The notes: generated by a model not told the origin, from the letters alone. Shown: positions 1-9,384, numbered from the stretch's first letter. The stretch is 64,000 bases of DNA from Verrucomicrobiota bacterium (GCA_016871675.1 VHCN01000013.1:1621-65620); one strand, 5' to 3'. Program-made: numbers and translations.

Positions 1-591
1 GGCGACGCGCCGCCCCTTGAACGGCGCGAGGAGTTTCTGCCATTCGGGCAGCTTCGCCTGCAGCTTGTCGTCGAACTGCTTCAGGGCCGACTTGAAGTAG
101 TCCGCTGAAGCCGGGTCGAGTTGCGCGAAAGCGTCCGCGAGATGCGCGGCGACAATGCGGCCGTTGAGCGGATCGGTCATGAAGTGCGGATTGCCCGCGG
201 CGTGGATGTCGCCCTTCGAACGGTCGAGCGCCGCGGGCACCTCGAGCATGGTCACGCCCGCGTTGCACTGGATGCGTCCGGGCTTGCCGGCGGCGAGTTT
301 CGCGTTGCGCGCGCCTTCGAGGAGTGGCGACAGCCAGCCGGCTTCGAGTTCGGCGCCGCTCTCGATGAGCGCGTCGGCGCGGTTGAGCTTCACGATGAAG
401 CTGGGCTTGGCGTCCACGAAGTGCGGGTCCTCAGTGGGCTTGGCGAGCGCAGTGACCTCGACGCGGTTGCCGCCGATCTCGCGCGCGAGCGCGGCAAAAT
501 CCGGTGTAGTCGCGACGATCGTGAGCTTCGCGGGCGCGGCGTGCAGGTTCAGCACGACGCAAAGGGTCGGGAGCAGGAATCGGGTGAGCAT
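1..591 (-). CDS. Metal ABC transporter substrate-binding protein, ZnuA/TroA family (partial; 3' end lies off-window)
   Basis: Not in the ORF track because it runs off the window edge. Own translation of the minus strand from ATG (complement of 589-591): MLTRFLLPTLCVVLNLHAAPAKLTIVATTPDFAALAREIGGNRVEVTALAKPTEDPHFVDAKPSFIVKLNRADALIESGAELEAGWL...GDIHAAGNPHFMTDP. Signal peptide plus DPHF/GNPHF histidine motifs typical of cluster A-I metal-binding SBPs. 197 in-frame codons with no stop. Confidence 0.75.
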   Translation of the reverse strand, partial: MLTRFLLPTLCVVLNLHAAPAKLTIVATTPDFAALAREIGGNRVEVTALAKPTEDPHFVDAKPSFIVKLNRADALIESGAELEAGWLSPLLEGARNAKLAAGKPGRIQCNAGVTMLEVPAALDRSKGDIHAAGNPHFMTDPLNGRIVAAHLADAFAQLDPASADYFKSALKQFDDKLQAKLPEWQKLLAPFKGRRVA

Positions 592-612
592 GGTCTTTCC
601 TTTCGCGTTGCG

Positions 613-2097
613 TCAGAATTTGTGCGCCGGGTGCGCGCCAAGGCTGAACTCGAATTGCAGCCACAGGCTGTGATCCACGCCGATGTTCTTCCGGTCATCG
701 TAATTGTATTGGAACCGGACCTTCGAGAATTCGCTCGGGAACCACGTGAGGTTTGGCGAGAGACGCCAGCGCGAGTCTCGCTGAGGATCGGGGCCGAGGA
801 ACAGGTTTTCGTATTGCGCGCGCTTGCCGCCCAGCCAGTCGCCGCGAAGCGCCGCGACCCAACCCTTGCGGAAGCCCCATGCGACCTGCGAGTAGAGGCC
901 GTGGTCCTGCAGCTGCTCGCGCGGATACAGGTCGGGCACGCCGTTAGCGTCGCCGTCGCGCTCGTCCGGATCCACGGTGGTGTTGTTGTTGAGGTCCCAG
1001 TTGAACGCGGCCGCTTGGTAGCGCCGCCACATGCCCTCGGTGGTCCACGAGACGAACGGGAAACCTGCGTGGTGGTTCGCCGGCCGCCACTTCCACGTCA
1101 CGTCGAAGCCGAAGATGCGCGTGTCGGTGTCCGTGCCGCTCGCATTCGGGCCGAGCGCGGCGGACGCGCCGAGCAACAGCGTCTGCGTGTCGGTGAGCTC
1201 GAAGCTCGTTGCCAGCCGGGGCGTGAACAGCAGGTCGCCTGGAGAGCGAACCCGTCCCGCCGCGCCGATGCGGCCGAGATACGCCTCGCCTTCGTGCTCG
1301 CTGCGAAAGCTCTCCGCGGTCTCGCCGTGACTCGATTGCACCGTGAGAAACAGCTCCGCGTAAAACGGCGTGGGCGCGAGCCACGAGAAACGCGCGCCGG
1401 GGTTGCGAAGCCCGTCGCCACCGAAGAAGCGGCCGTTGACGAGCGGCTGGTCCACGAAACTCCACGCGTGCGGATGCGTCGGATTGTGGCGCCCGAACTC
1501 GGTGAAGAACTGGCCCGCGCGCAGTTGCAGGCCGCCGGGCAGCGATTGCGTTTCCGCAAACGCTTCCTCCAGCTCGAAGATGGACTCACCCGCGGAGTTG
1601 AGCTGGTAGACGATCGAGGACTGCGCGCGGAAGTAAGGATCCACCGCGCCCGCGAGCGTCAACTCGACATTCTGCACGGTGAAGCCGCGCTGGTTCGGGT
1701 CGTGCGCGCCGAGTTGGGTGCCGCCCTCGATGTCGCGCGCCGTGGAGCCGCCCGCGGCAAAGAGCGCGTCGAGGGAAACATCCAAATACGCCCGGCCTGT
1801 TCCGAGTCGGAGCGGATCCGTCGGTCGCCACGGCCGCGGCGTCGTCACGTCCGCAGGCGCAGGCTGCGGCGCCGCGGTCGCGCTGTCCAAGCGCGGCGGG
1901 GCTTTCTCCAACGACTCGATTTTCCGGGTGAGCGCGTCGATTTGCTGACGCTGCGCCTCCTGCTGTCGCTGGAACTGATCCTGCAGTTCCTTGAGTTGTT
2001 TGCGAAGCGGTTCGATTTCATTCGCCGTCTGGGCCTGCAGCGTCATCGCGCACAGGCAAAGGGCAGACGACCACCCCAGCAGAGATTTCAGTTTCAT
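613..2097 (-). CDS. Outer-membrane beta-barrel porin with N-terminal coiled coil (possibly OprO/P-like)
   Basis: 494-aa ORF. Signal peptide MKLKSLLGWSSALCLCAMTLQAQ, then a heptad-like coiled coil (EIEPLRKQLKELQDQFQRQQEAQRQQIDALTRKIESLEK). Gly/aromatic-rich alternating beta-strand sequence ending in a C-terminal ...AHPAHKF (terminal Phe typical of OM barrels). Lies 21 nt upstream of the ZnuA-like gene on the same strand. Confidence 0.7.
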   Translation of the reverse strand: MKLKSLLGWSSALCLCAMTLQAQTANEIEPLRKQLKELQDQFQRQQEAQRQQIDALTRKIESLEKAPPRLDSATAAPQPAPADVTTPRPWRPTDPLRLGTGRAYLDVSLDALFAAGGSTARDIEGGTQLGAHDPNQRGFTVQNVELTLAGAVDPYFRAQSSIVYQLNSAGESIFELEEAFAETQSLPGGLQLRAGQFFTEFGRHNPTHPHAWSFVDQPLVNGRFFGGDGLRNPGARFSWLAPTPFYAELFLTVQSSHGETAESFRSEHEGEAYLGRIGAAGRVRSPGDLLFTPRLATSFELTDTQTLLLGASAALGPNASGTDTDTRIFGFDVTWKWRPANHHAGFPFVSWTTEGMWRRYQAAAFNWDLNNNTTVDPDERDGDANGVPDLYPREQLQDHGLYSQVAWGFRKGWVAALRGDWLGGKRAQYENLFLGPDPQRDSRWRLSPNLTWFPSEFSKVRFQYNYDDRKNIGVDHSLWLQFEFSLGAHPAHKF

Positions 2098-2160
2098 AGT
2101 TTTTCCTGCAATTGACCGCCAGTCTTGGCGGATTCAAACCCACTGCAACACGGACACGAA

Positions 2161-2499
2161 CTAACGACTCGGGGTGCAGGAGAAACGAGGCGGGGCGCGG
2201 CCCGGCGCAAGCCGGACATCGCTCGAGGAGGGAACGAGACGGAAAACAGGGGTGCGCGCGATCGTGACGACGAGCAGAACCGTGCCGAGGATTGGAGATG
2301 CGTCCGCCGCGATCACTCCGCCCTTGGTGAAATGGCAGACGGCGCAGAGATGGCTGGACGAACCGTCCTCGTGATGTTCGGCGTGAAGCGCGGACGTGCC
2401 GGAGAAGACAGCGAGCCAGACGATAATCCCCGCAAGCGACACCGCTGCGACGGGCTTGAGTCGCCCGCGCAGGGTCGAGTGGAAGGGATTCCAATTCAC
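2161..2499 (-). CDS. Small His/Cys-rich membrane protein (function unknown, possibly metal-related)
   Basis: 112-aa ORF with a GTG start. Two hydrophobic segments (VAAVSLAGIIVWLAVFSG; ILGTVLLVVTIA) flank HAEHHEDGSSSHLCAVCHF (His cluster plus CxxC). Third-position GC is acceptable. Lies 63 nt upstream of the porin on the same strand. Competing overlapping ORFs (2018..2578 -, 2125..2565 +) look Arg/Pro-rich and artefactual. Confidence 0.45.
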   Translation of the reverse strand: MNWNPFHSTLRGRLKPVAAVSLAGIIVWLAVFSGTSALHAEHHEDGSSSHLCAVCHFTKGGVIAADASPILGTVLLVVTIARTPVFRLVPSSSDVRLAPGRAPPRFSCTPSR

Positions 2500-2607
2500 G
2501 GCGTGGGCGAAATACAGCAGACTGGTCGTTGGAACGCAAGTAGAATTGCAAACTATTTGCAGTAAGCGGCGCTTTCACGCGGCAGTGCGTTGTGATTCAC
2601 TGATGTC

Positions 2608-3420
2608 ATGGCTTCGATCTCCCGTCGGCGTGCAGCCGGGCTTTCCGCCGGCGCGTTGCTCTCACTCGGCCTCTGGCCCGGACGGCTTCGCGCGGCGGAC
2701 AATGGCAAGGGCGGTGAGTTCACGTTCATCGTCGTCAACGACCTGCACTACCTCGACAAGAAGTGCGAGCCGTGGTTCGCCGCGATGGTGCGACAGATGA
2801 AGGCCACGGAGCCGAGGCCGGAGTTTGCGCTCGTGGTCGGCGACTTGTGCGAGCACGGCACGCCCGGGCAGCTTGGGCCGGTTCGCGACGTGCTCAACTC
2901 GATCGGCATTTCATACAACACCGTCATCGGGAACCACGACTGGACCGCGCCGGGCGACCGCAAGGCCTACGACAAGTTCTTCCCCGACTCCACGAACTAC
3001 AACCTCTCCCACCGTGGCTGGCAGTTCATCGGGCTCGATTCGAGCGACGGACCGAAGGCGAGCGGCGTGTCCGTGCAGGCGCACACGTTGCGGTGGCTCG
3101 ACGACGCGTTGCCCCGGATCAAGAAGGACCTGCCCACGGTTGTCTTCACACACTTCCCTTTCGGCGTGCTCACGCCGTATCGCGTGGTGAATGCCGACGC
3201 CGTGCTCGAACGATTCAAGGAACTGAACCTCGTCGCGATGTTCAACGGCCACTTTCACGGCTTCACCGAGCGCCCGCACGGCGGCACGATGATCACCACG
3301 AACCGCTGCTGCGCATTCTCGCGTGCGAACCACGACCGCACCAAAGAGAAGGGCTACTTCCTTTGCCGCGCAAAGGACGGGAAGATCGCGCGGCAGTTCG
3401 TCGAGGTGAAGCTGGCGTGA
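2608..3420 (+). CDS. Tat-signal metallophosphoesterase (calcineurin-like phosphoesterase)
   Basis: 270 aa. Twin-arginine leader MASISRRRAAGLSAGALLSLG. Metallophosphoesterase motifs in order: VVNDLHY, GDLCEHG, GNHDW, FTHFP, GHFHG. Confidence 0.85.
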   Translation: MASISRRRAAGLSAGALLSLGLWPGRLRAADNGKGGEFTFIVVNDLHYLDKKCEPWFAAMVRQMKATEPRPEFALVVGDLCEHGTPGQLGPVRDVLNSIGISYNTVIGNHDWTAPGDRKAYDKFFPDSTNYNLSHRGWQFIGLDSSDGPKASGVSVQAHTLRWLDDALPRIKKDLPTVVFTHFPFGVLTPYRVVNADAVLERFKELNLVAMFNGHFHGFTERPHGGTMITTNRCCAFSRANHDRTKEKGYFLCRAKDGKIARQFVEVKLA

Positions 3421-3439
3421 GTCACTGATCCCCTTCCGC

Positions 3440-3859
3440 ATGACTCACCGCGCAATGGACGAGGTTTTCCACCCTCACTGGAACGCCCCCGGGTTGGCCG
3501 CGTGCATGAAATCGCTCGCGGCCGCCGATCACAAGGTCATCGGCCATTCCAGCACGTCGGACCACATGAAATGGCCCGGCGGCTGGCTGCCCGACGTGAT
3601 GGTCATTCCGCCCGACCGGCTGCCCTGGACGGTCGCGCCGTGGCTGAATGGGTCTGGGAAGCGAAGAAACGCCCGCACATCCCGATCGTTTTCTGCGGCG
3701 GCGAACCTGACAAGGTCGGCGACAAAAGTGATGTGTCCCAAGGCCATCTACTGCACCACCGATGTCGTTGCTTCGATCATCGCAAAGCTGCCGAAAGCCA
3801 CCGCGCCCGGCGAAGCGACCCGTGGTTTGACGAAGCGCCGGAAATCGGAGATCAAGTAG
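3440..3859 (+). CDS. Hypothetical protein (possible internal frame discontinuity)
   Basis: 139-aa ORF. Third-position GC is high at both ends but drops in about 3648-3735, where the neighbouring frame reads a more protein-like EWVWEAKKRPHIPIVFCGGEPDKVGDK. No family recognised. Confidence 0.35.
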   Translation: MTHRAMDEVFHPHWNAPGLAACMKSLAAADHKVIGHSSTSDHMKWPGGWLPDVMVIPPDRLPWTVAPWLNGSGKRRNARTSRSFSAAANLTRSATKVMCPKAIYCTTDVVASIIAKLPKATAPGEATRGLTKRRKSEIK

Positions 3860-3865
3860 CCCATC

Positions 3866-4825
3866 ATGAAACCATCCCCGCTCACGCTCACGCTCGCCCT
3901 CACACTCACCTTCGCCCCGTCGCTTGTCGCGCAGGACAAACCCGCCGAGAAAGCCAAGAATGTTGCGAAGCGCGAAGCCAAGGCCGAGGTCGCGCGCGAA
4001 CCTTCGGCGGGAACGACGCTCAGGGAGTTCACCTACAAGCGCGCGTCCGGCACCGACCTCAAGCTGTTCGTCCACCATCCCAACGGCTGGAAGGCGGCTG
4101 ACAAGCGCCCGGCCATCGTGTTCTTCTTCGGCGGCGGCTGGAAGAACGGCACGCCGAACCAGTTCTTCATGCAGGCTGATTATCTGGCCACGCGCGGGAT
4201 GGTCGCGGCGCGTGCCGATTACCGCGTGCAATCGCGGCAGGGCGTCACGCCCGACGCGTGCGTCGAGGACGCCAAGAGCGCGGTGCGCTGGATGCGCGCG
4301 CACGCGGCCGAACTTGGAGTGGACCCCGACCGCATCGTCGCAGGCGGCGGTTCCGCGGGCGGTCACACCGCCGCGTGCACCGCGATGTGCGAGGGCTTCG
4401 AGGCGATGGGCGAGGACGCAAAGGTCTCGTCCAAACCCAATGCGCTTGTGCTCTTCAATCCCGCGCTCGACCTCGCGGCGCTGAACGTCGTGGGCCAGTG
4501 GTCCGCCGGCAAGGACATCATCCCGCGCATGGACCCGGCGCGCCACATCACGAAAGGACTCGTGCCGACCGTCATGTTCTTCGGCACCGCTGATCGCATG
4601 TTCGACCACGCCCGCGAGTTTGCCGCGAAGGCAGCGCCACTCGGCAACCGCGTCGATCTCTACAGCGCGGCCGACATGCCGCACGGGTTTTTCAACCGCC
4701 CGCCGTGGACGGAGATCACCGCGCGGCAGGCGGATGCGTTCCTCACCTCGCTCGGTTACTTGAAGGGCGAGCCGACACTCAAGCTCCCGCCGGCGACCGA
4801 GGTCGCACTCAAGCGCGAGAAGTAG
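3866..4825 (+). CDS. Secreted alpha/beta hydrolase (carboxylesterase/lipase, HSL/BD-FAE-like)
   Basis: 319 aa. Signal peptide MKPSPLTLTLALTLTFAPSLVAQ. Oxyanion-hole FFFGGGW and nucleophile elbow GGSAGGH. Confidence 0.85.
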   Translation: MKPSPLTLTLALTLTFAPSLVAQDKPAEKAKNVAKREAKAEVAREPSAGTTLREFTYKRASGTDLKLFVHHPNGWKAADKRPAIVFFFGGGWKNGTPNQFFMQADYLATRGMVAARADYRVQSRQGVTPDACVEDAKSAVRWMRAHAAELGVDPDRIVAGGGSAGGHTAACTAMCEGFEAMGEDAKVSSKPNALVLFNPALDLAALNVVGQWSAGKDIIPRMDPARHITKGLVPTVMFFGTADRMFDHAREFAAKAAPLGNRVDLYSAADMPHGFFNRPPWTEITARQADAFLTSLGYLKGEPTLKLPPATEVALKREK

Positions 4826-4893
4826 CCTGAAGCGGGGCGAACACCGAATCCGCGAGCAGGTCGCCGGCTCCGAGCAGCGCCTGCCCCACCACG

Positions 4894-5802
4894 ATGCGCC
4901 AGATTGGCCAGTTGCAATCCGAGTCCGACGCGAGGCGGTTGGGCGACTATCTCTACGCGCAGGGAGTGGACAACCAAGTCGAGCGCGATGGCGACGCCGC
5001 GTTTGCAGTCTGGATTGTCGCGGACGAGGACGTGGACCGCGCCGCGCAGCAATTCGCCGAGTTCATCGCGAATCCCGCCGACCCGAAGTATGCCGCGGCC
5101 CGCGACGCTGCGAGCGAGCGACGCGAGGCCGTTCGCAAGGACAACGAAGCCGCGCGCCGCCGGATGTTCAACCGCCGACAGCTCTTTGCGAAGCTCGGCG
5201 GCTACGGCATCGGCCCGCTGACGTTTGTGCTGATCGCCGCGTGCGTGTGGGTGGCGATTCTCTCCAAGCTCGGCTCGGAGCGCGAACCGGTGCAGGCGTT
5301 GTTCATCTCGTGGGAGGAGCGGGTCAAACGCGCCGCGGAGGCGATGCCCGAAGTCCGCCGCGGCGAGGTGTGGCGCGTCTTCACTCCGGCCCTCCTGCAC
5401 TTCGGCGCGATGCACATTCTCGGGAACATGATGTGGCTCTTCTCGCTCGGGGCGATGATCGAGGCGCGGCGCGGCAGCGGGCGCTTTGCCGTGCTGGTGC
5501 TGGTGCTCGCGGCGGGGTCGAACCTCGCGCAGTATTTCGTGAGCGGCCCCAACTTCGGCGGCATGTCCGGCGTGGTGTTCGGGCTTTTCGGCTACTCGTG
5601 GATGCGCGGGAAGTTTCTCCCCGGCGGTGGCGTGTTCCTGGGCGATCAAGAGAAGCTGATCATGCTCGCGTGGTTCTTCATCTGTTTCACGGGCGTGGTG
5701 GGCCCCATCGCAAACACGGCGCACACCGCCGGCCTCGCGCTGGGGATGGGGCTCGGGTGGTGGAGCGCGCGGCGCGCGATTCGCGGCGGACCTTCGACCT
5801 GA
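4894..5802 (+). CDS. Rhomboid-family intramembrane serine protease (GlpG-like, with soluble N-terminal domain)
   Basis: 302 aa. Motifs WRVFTPALLHFGAMHILGNMMWL and GMSGVVFGLFGY (GxSG catalytic Ser), with a later HTAG His. Six or more hydrophobic helices. Confidence 0.85.
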   Translation: MRQIGQLQSESDARRLGDYLYAQGVDNQVERDGDAAFAVWIVADEDVDRAAQQFAEFIANPADPKYAAARDAASERREAVRKDNEAARRRMFNRRQLFAKLGGYGIGPLTFVLIAACVWVAILSKLGSEREPVQALFISWEERVKRAAEAMPEVRRGEVWRVFTPALLHFGAMHILGNMMWLFSLGAMIEARRGSGRFAVLVLVLAAGSNLAQYFVSGPNFGGMSGVVFGLFGYSWMRGKFLPGGGVFLGDQEKLIMLAWFFICFTGVVGPIANTAHTAGLALGMGLGWWSARRAIRGGPST

Positions 5803-5914
5803 GTCTCACGGGGCGGCTTCGGGGCGTCCGGTTTGCCGCGCATCGCGGGGGGCGAATCAGAAACTTCCAACTCCAAACTCGCCTCCGTTGACCCGCGTCC
5901 GTATCGTCACGCCC

Positions 5915-6811
5915 ATGAAAGCTCTGTTAGCCGTCGCCGCATTGCTCGCACTCGCTGCCACAGCCCTCGCGCAACCACGCGAACCCTTCCCGCTGTGGCC
6001 GCAGGGCGCGCCCGGTGCGCTAGGCAACGATCCCGTGAAGGACGTCCCCACGCTCACACCGTTTTGGCCGGATGCGGAAAAGGCGACGGGCGCCTCGTTC
6101 GTGATCTGCCCCGGCGGCGGTTACGGGGGTCTTGCGTCGCACGAGGGGCGCGACTACGCGCTGTTCCTCAACCAACACGGCATTGCGGCGTTCGTGCTCA
6201 AGTATCGCCTCGGCTCCGCCAACTATCGCCACCCCGCGATGATGAATGATGTCCAACGCGCGCTTCGCACCGTGCGCGCGAACGCGGCGGCCTGGAAGCT
6301 CGACCCGAGGCGCATTGGCGTGATGGGAAGTTCCGCCGGAGGCCACCTCGCATCGACGGCGCTCACGCACTTCGACGCCGGCAAACCCGATGACGCCGAT
6401 GCCATCGAGCGCGTGAGTTGTCGTCCGGACGCCGGAATCCTCTGCTATCCGGTGATCAGCATGGGAGCAAACACCCATGCGGGCTCAAAACGAAATCTGC
6501 TCGGCAACGAACCCGCGCCCGAACTCGTGAAACTCCTCTCCAACGAGCTTCAGGTCACGAAGGACACGCCGCCGACGTTTCTTTTCCACACATGGGAAGA
6601 CAAGGCCGTGAAGGTCGAGGGCGTGATGGATTTCGCGGCAGCGTTGCAGAAGAGCGGCGTGCCGTTCGACCTGCACGTCTATCAGAAAGGCCCGCACGGG
6701 ATCGGCCTTGGCATGAAGGGTTACGATCCCGCGCAGCACAAGATCGAGGCGCTGCATCCGTGGACGCGGGACGTGGCCGTGTGGCTCAAGGTCCAGGGCT
6801 TCGTGAAGTGA
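5915..6811 (+). CDS. Secreted alpha/beta hydrolase (esterase, BD-FAE-like)
   Basis: ORF-track entry 5888..6811 begins at TTG. I place the start at ATG 5915 (MKALLAVAALLALAATALAQP signal peptide). Motifs ICPGGGYGG and GSSAGGHL. Paralogous in type to 3866..4825. Confidence 0.85.
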   Translation: MKALLAVAALLALAATALAQPREPFPLWPQGAPGALGNDPVKDVPTLTPFWPDAEKATGASFVICPGGGYGGLASHEGRDYALFLNQHGIAAFVLKYRLGSANYRHPAMMNDVQRALRTVRANAAAWKLDPRRIGVMGSSAGGHLASTALTHFDAGKPDDADAIERVSCRPDAGILCYPVISMGANTHAGSKRNLLGNEPAPELVKLLSNELQVTKDTPPTFLFHTWEDKAVKVEGVMDFAAALQKSGVPFDLHVYQKGPHGIGLGMKGYDPAQHKIEALHPWTRDVAVWLKVQGFVK

Positions 6812-6883
6812 GAACGGCCCCCTTTCGAATCGAGCCTTGCCAGTGCGAGGCCCCTGTGCCAGCGTCCGACCCGAACTGAAGCG

Positions 6884-7687
6884 ATGAGATCACAACGCCC
6901 ATTCCAGTCCCGCACTGCGTTCACGCTGATTGAACTTCTCGTTGTCATCGCGATCATCGCGATTCTCGCCGGGTTGCTCCTCCCAGCCTTGGCGAAGGCG
7001 AAGAACAAGTCCAAACAGTCCTACTGCCTGAACAACATCAAGCAGGTTGGGCTGGCCTTGAACATGTATGCCGATGACAACGACGACTGCACGCCGGCGG
7101 GCAACGACGCCGTCACGAGTTTCATCACGTCCGGCACCCCGAACTACCTGGGTTCGTTGGTGCCCTTCATCGGAACCACTTCCAACACCGTCGCGCGGAT
7201 GTTCACCTGCCCGGTGACGCGCCCGGCAGGACCAACCCAGGAAGTAACGGCGACCAATGTGACGAGCTACCTTGGAAACGCGGTTGTGATGAGCTACATC
7301 GATGCCACGGTCACACCGAATCGAGTCATGCGCCGCCGCGTGTCGCGCATCCCCAATCCTTCGGGGCTTGTCTATCTGCAGGAGCTGTTTGACCGGCGCG
7401 ACATCGCTTTCCTCCGGCCATTTCGACAGGCCAACGACACCTACCGTTACTGGCATTTTCGATTCGATCCGTTCAACCCGACCACGCTCAACTCCATCGG
7501 CCTCAAGGAAAACTACACCGTGCTCCACGAGCTTGGCGGAAACCTCCTGATGGTGGACGGACATGTCGAATATCGAAAAGGGAACACCATGCGCTCGTCG
7601 GACTTCGGGATGATCGCGCCCAACGGCTCGGTCCACATGTGGGCCGACGATCCAATGAACAGCACGGCCTACACGCCGATGTTTTGA
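6884..7687 (+). CDS. Prepilin-type N-terminal cleavage/methylation domain protein, H-X9-DG class
   Basis: 267 aa. N-terminus [33 protein letters not shown]-terminal [16 protein letters not shown] matches the H-X9-DG motif exactly. Visibly lower GC than its neighbours. Confidence 0.85.
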   Translation: MRSQRPFQSRTAFTLIELLVVIAIIAILAGLLLPALAKAKNKSKQSYCLNNIKQVGLALNMYADDNDDCTPAGNDAVTSFITSGTPNYLGSLVPFIGTTSNTVARMFTCPVTRPAGPTQEVTATNVTSYLGNAVVMSYIDATVTPNRVMRRRVSRIPNPSGLVYLQELFDRRDIAFLRPFRQANDTYRYWHFRFDPFNPTTLNSIGLKENYTVLHELGGNLLMVDGHVEYRKGNTMRSSDFGMIAPNGSVHMWADDPMNSTAYTPMF

Positions 7688-7705
7688 AGCGTGGGTCTCC
7701 CCCTC

Positions 7706-8119
7706 ATGAAACGGCTCGCTGTCGGATCCTTGGTCGTTCTCGCGGCTTTCCTCGGATGCAAAAAGCCCTCGGGAGACATGGCACCCGCGGCTGTCACCCC
7801 ACCTCCTGCGAGTCCGAAGTCCGCGCCGGCAGGCGGCGCGGCGGCAGCCGCGCCATCGCCACCCGTCGCTCCGGGAGAGCCGGGTGTCGTTTCCACGATC
7901 CCGGCGACGGCACCGGGAGCGGGCGAGTCAAACCCAAAGGCGGTGAACTCTGTCCTCACGGGCGCGGTCGCCCGGTTCTACGACAAATTCCAACGGCTGC
8001 CTCGTGATTGGAACGAGCTGGTCAGGGCGGGTTTTGTCCAATCCATGCCCGCACTTCCAGCGGGGAAGCGGTTCGCGATCGATCCGGACACGCACATCGT
8101 CGTCGAAGTCGCGCGCTGA
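7706..8119 (+). CDS. Lipoprotein, Pro/Ala-rich linker, unknown function
   Basis: ORF 7691..8119 begins at GTG. ATG at 7706 gives MKRLAVGSLVVLAAFLGC (lipobox L-G-C), followed by a Pro/Ala-rich low-complexity region and a small C-terminal domain. Confidence 0.6.
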   Translation: MKRLAVGSLVVLAAFLGCKKPSGDMAPAAVTPPPASPKSAPAGGAAAAAPSPPVAPGEPGVVSTIPATAPGAGESNPKAVNSVLTGAVARFYDKFQRLPRDWNELVRAGFVQSMPALPAGKRFAIDPDTHIVVEVAR

Positions 8120-8179
8120 GTTGGCACGGCTTAATTGTGCATTGCCGCACTTTGCCCCGGCGCCTAAGCTCCGCAGCGC

Positions 8180-9187
8180 ATGAAGCATCAGCTCGATTTC
8201 GAGAAGCCCATCGTCGAGTTGCAACGCAAGCTGGAGGAACTTCGCAAGCACCCCACGAAACACTCGATCGGCGTGAGCTTCGAGGAGGAATGCCGCATGC
8301 TCGAGTCCAAGCTCGACACGCTCAAGCGCCACACCTACTCCAACCTCGCCGCGTGGCAGCGCGTCCAGCTCGCGCGCCACCCCAAACGCCCCTACTCGCT
8401 CGACTACATCGGCGCGGCGTTCTCGGACTTCACCGAATTGCATGGCGACCGGCTGTTCGCCGATGACCGCGCGGTGGTCGGCGGCTTCGCGAAACTCGAC
8501 GGCCGCAAGGTGATGGTCATCGGCACGCAGAAGGGCCGCGACACGAAGGAGAACATCCTGCGCAACTTCGGCTCCGCGCATCCCGAGGGCTACCGCAAGG
8601 CGCTCCGGCTCATGCGCGTGGCGGACCGCTTCAGCCTGCCGATCATCACGCTCATCGACACCGCGGGCGCGTATCCCGGCATCGGGGCCGAGGAGCGCCA
8701 CATCGCCGAAGCCATCGCGGTGAACTTGCGCGAGATGACCCTGCTCGAAGTGCCCATCATCGCCGCCGTCATCGGCGAGGGCGGCTCCGGCGGCGCACTC
8801 GGCATCGGCGTCGCCGACCGCGTGCTGATCCTCGAGAACGCCTACTACTCGGTCATCAGCCCCGAAGGTTGCGCGGCCATCCTGTGGAAAGAACGCAACG
8901 CCGCGCCCAAGGCCGCCGAGGCGCTCAAGATCACGGCCAAGGACTTGCTCTCGCTCGGTCTGGTGGACGAAATCATCCCCGAACCTCTCGGCGGCGCGCA
9001 CCATGACCCGGCGCGAACTGCGGCGACTTTGAAGGCGCATCTCTCGCGTCACCTCGACGAACTCTCCGCGACGCCGGTCGCCGACCGGTTGCGGAAACGC
9101 TACGAGAAATTCCGCGCCCACGGGCACTTCGACGAGCCCAAACCTCAGCCCGGCGCAGACCAGCCCGAGCCCGTCGGCGCCGCTTGA
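8180..9187 (+). CDS. accA: Acetyl-CoA carboxylase carboxyltransferase subunit alpha
   Basis: 335 aa. [53 protein letters not shown] and [10 protein letters not shown] are all characteristic AccA strings. Confidence 0.95.
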   Translation: MKHQLDFEKPIVELQRKLEELRKHPTKHSIGVSFEEECRMLESKLDTLKRHTYSNLAAWQRVQLARHPKRPYSLDYIGAAFSDFTELHGDRLFADDRAVVGGFAKLDGRKVMVIGTQKGRDTKENILRNFGSAHPEGYRKALRLMRVADRFSLPIITLIDTAGAYPGIGAEERHIAEAIAVNLREMTLLEVPIIAAVIGEGGSGGALGIGVADRVLILENAYYSVISPEGCAAILWKERNAAPKAAEALKITAKDLLSLGLVDEIIPEPLGGAHHDPARTAATLKAHLSRHLDELSATPVADRLRKRYEKFRAHGHFDEPKPQPGADQPEPVGAA

Positions 9188-9216
9188 TGCGCGGCCGGGC
9201 GCGGCCGCCCGATTTC

Positions 9217-9384
9217 ATGAGCGACTGGGACTTCAAACTCCCCTACGACGGCGACTGTTCGTTTTGCGTGCCGGAGATACGCTGGTTGAGCCGTTGGAAC
9301 GGGCGCGGCCGGTCGTGCGCGACGGGCACTTGCGCTGTCGCAGCCCGAGGCAGGAACAGTCTCTGGTCGTCCCGGGAGGACTGA
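9217..9384 (+). pseudogene. Truncated or decayed DCC-family (DUF393) thiol-disulfide oxidoreductase remnant
   Basis: ORF 9184..9384 contains MSDWDFKLPYDGDCSFCVPEIRWLSRWNGRGR, matching the N-terminal YDGxCxxC...R motif of DCC/DUF393 proteins. It stops after about 55 further residues. The family is normally about 130-150 aa as I recall. The rest is squeezed against the 3' end of gap (9410). Confidence 0.4.

Noticed and set aside
121-2115. 664-aa plus-strand ORF (with nested ORFs 155..673, 753..947 and others)
   Set aside because: It is antisense to the ZnuA-like and porin genes. The product is Arg/Ala/Gly-rich with no motifs, while the minus-strand products have signal peptides and family hallmarks. 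This is a typical high-GC shadow ORF.
3422-4684. 420-aa minus-strand ORF
   Set aside because: It is antisense to the well-supported esterase (GGSAGGH) and to the 3440..3859 ORF. The composition is Arg/Gly/His-rich with no recognisable domain.
7760-7930. Pro/Ala-rich stretch as a repeat or non-coding region
   Set aside because: It is in frame within the lipoprotein gene 7706..8119 and is a typical flexible linker after a lipobox.
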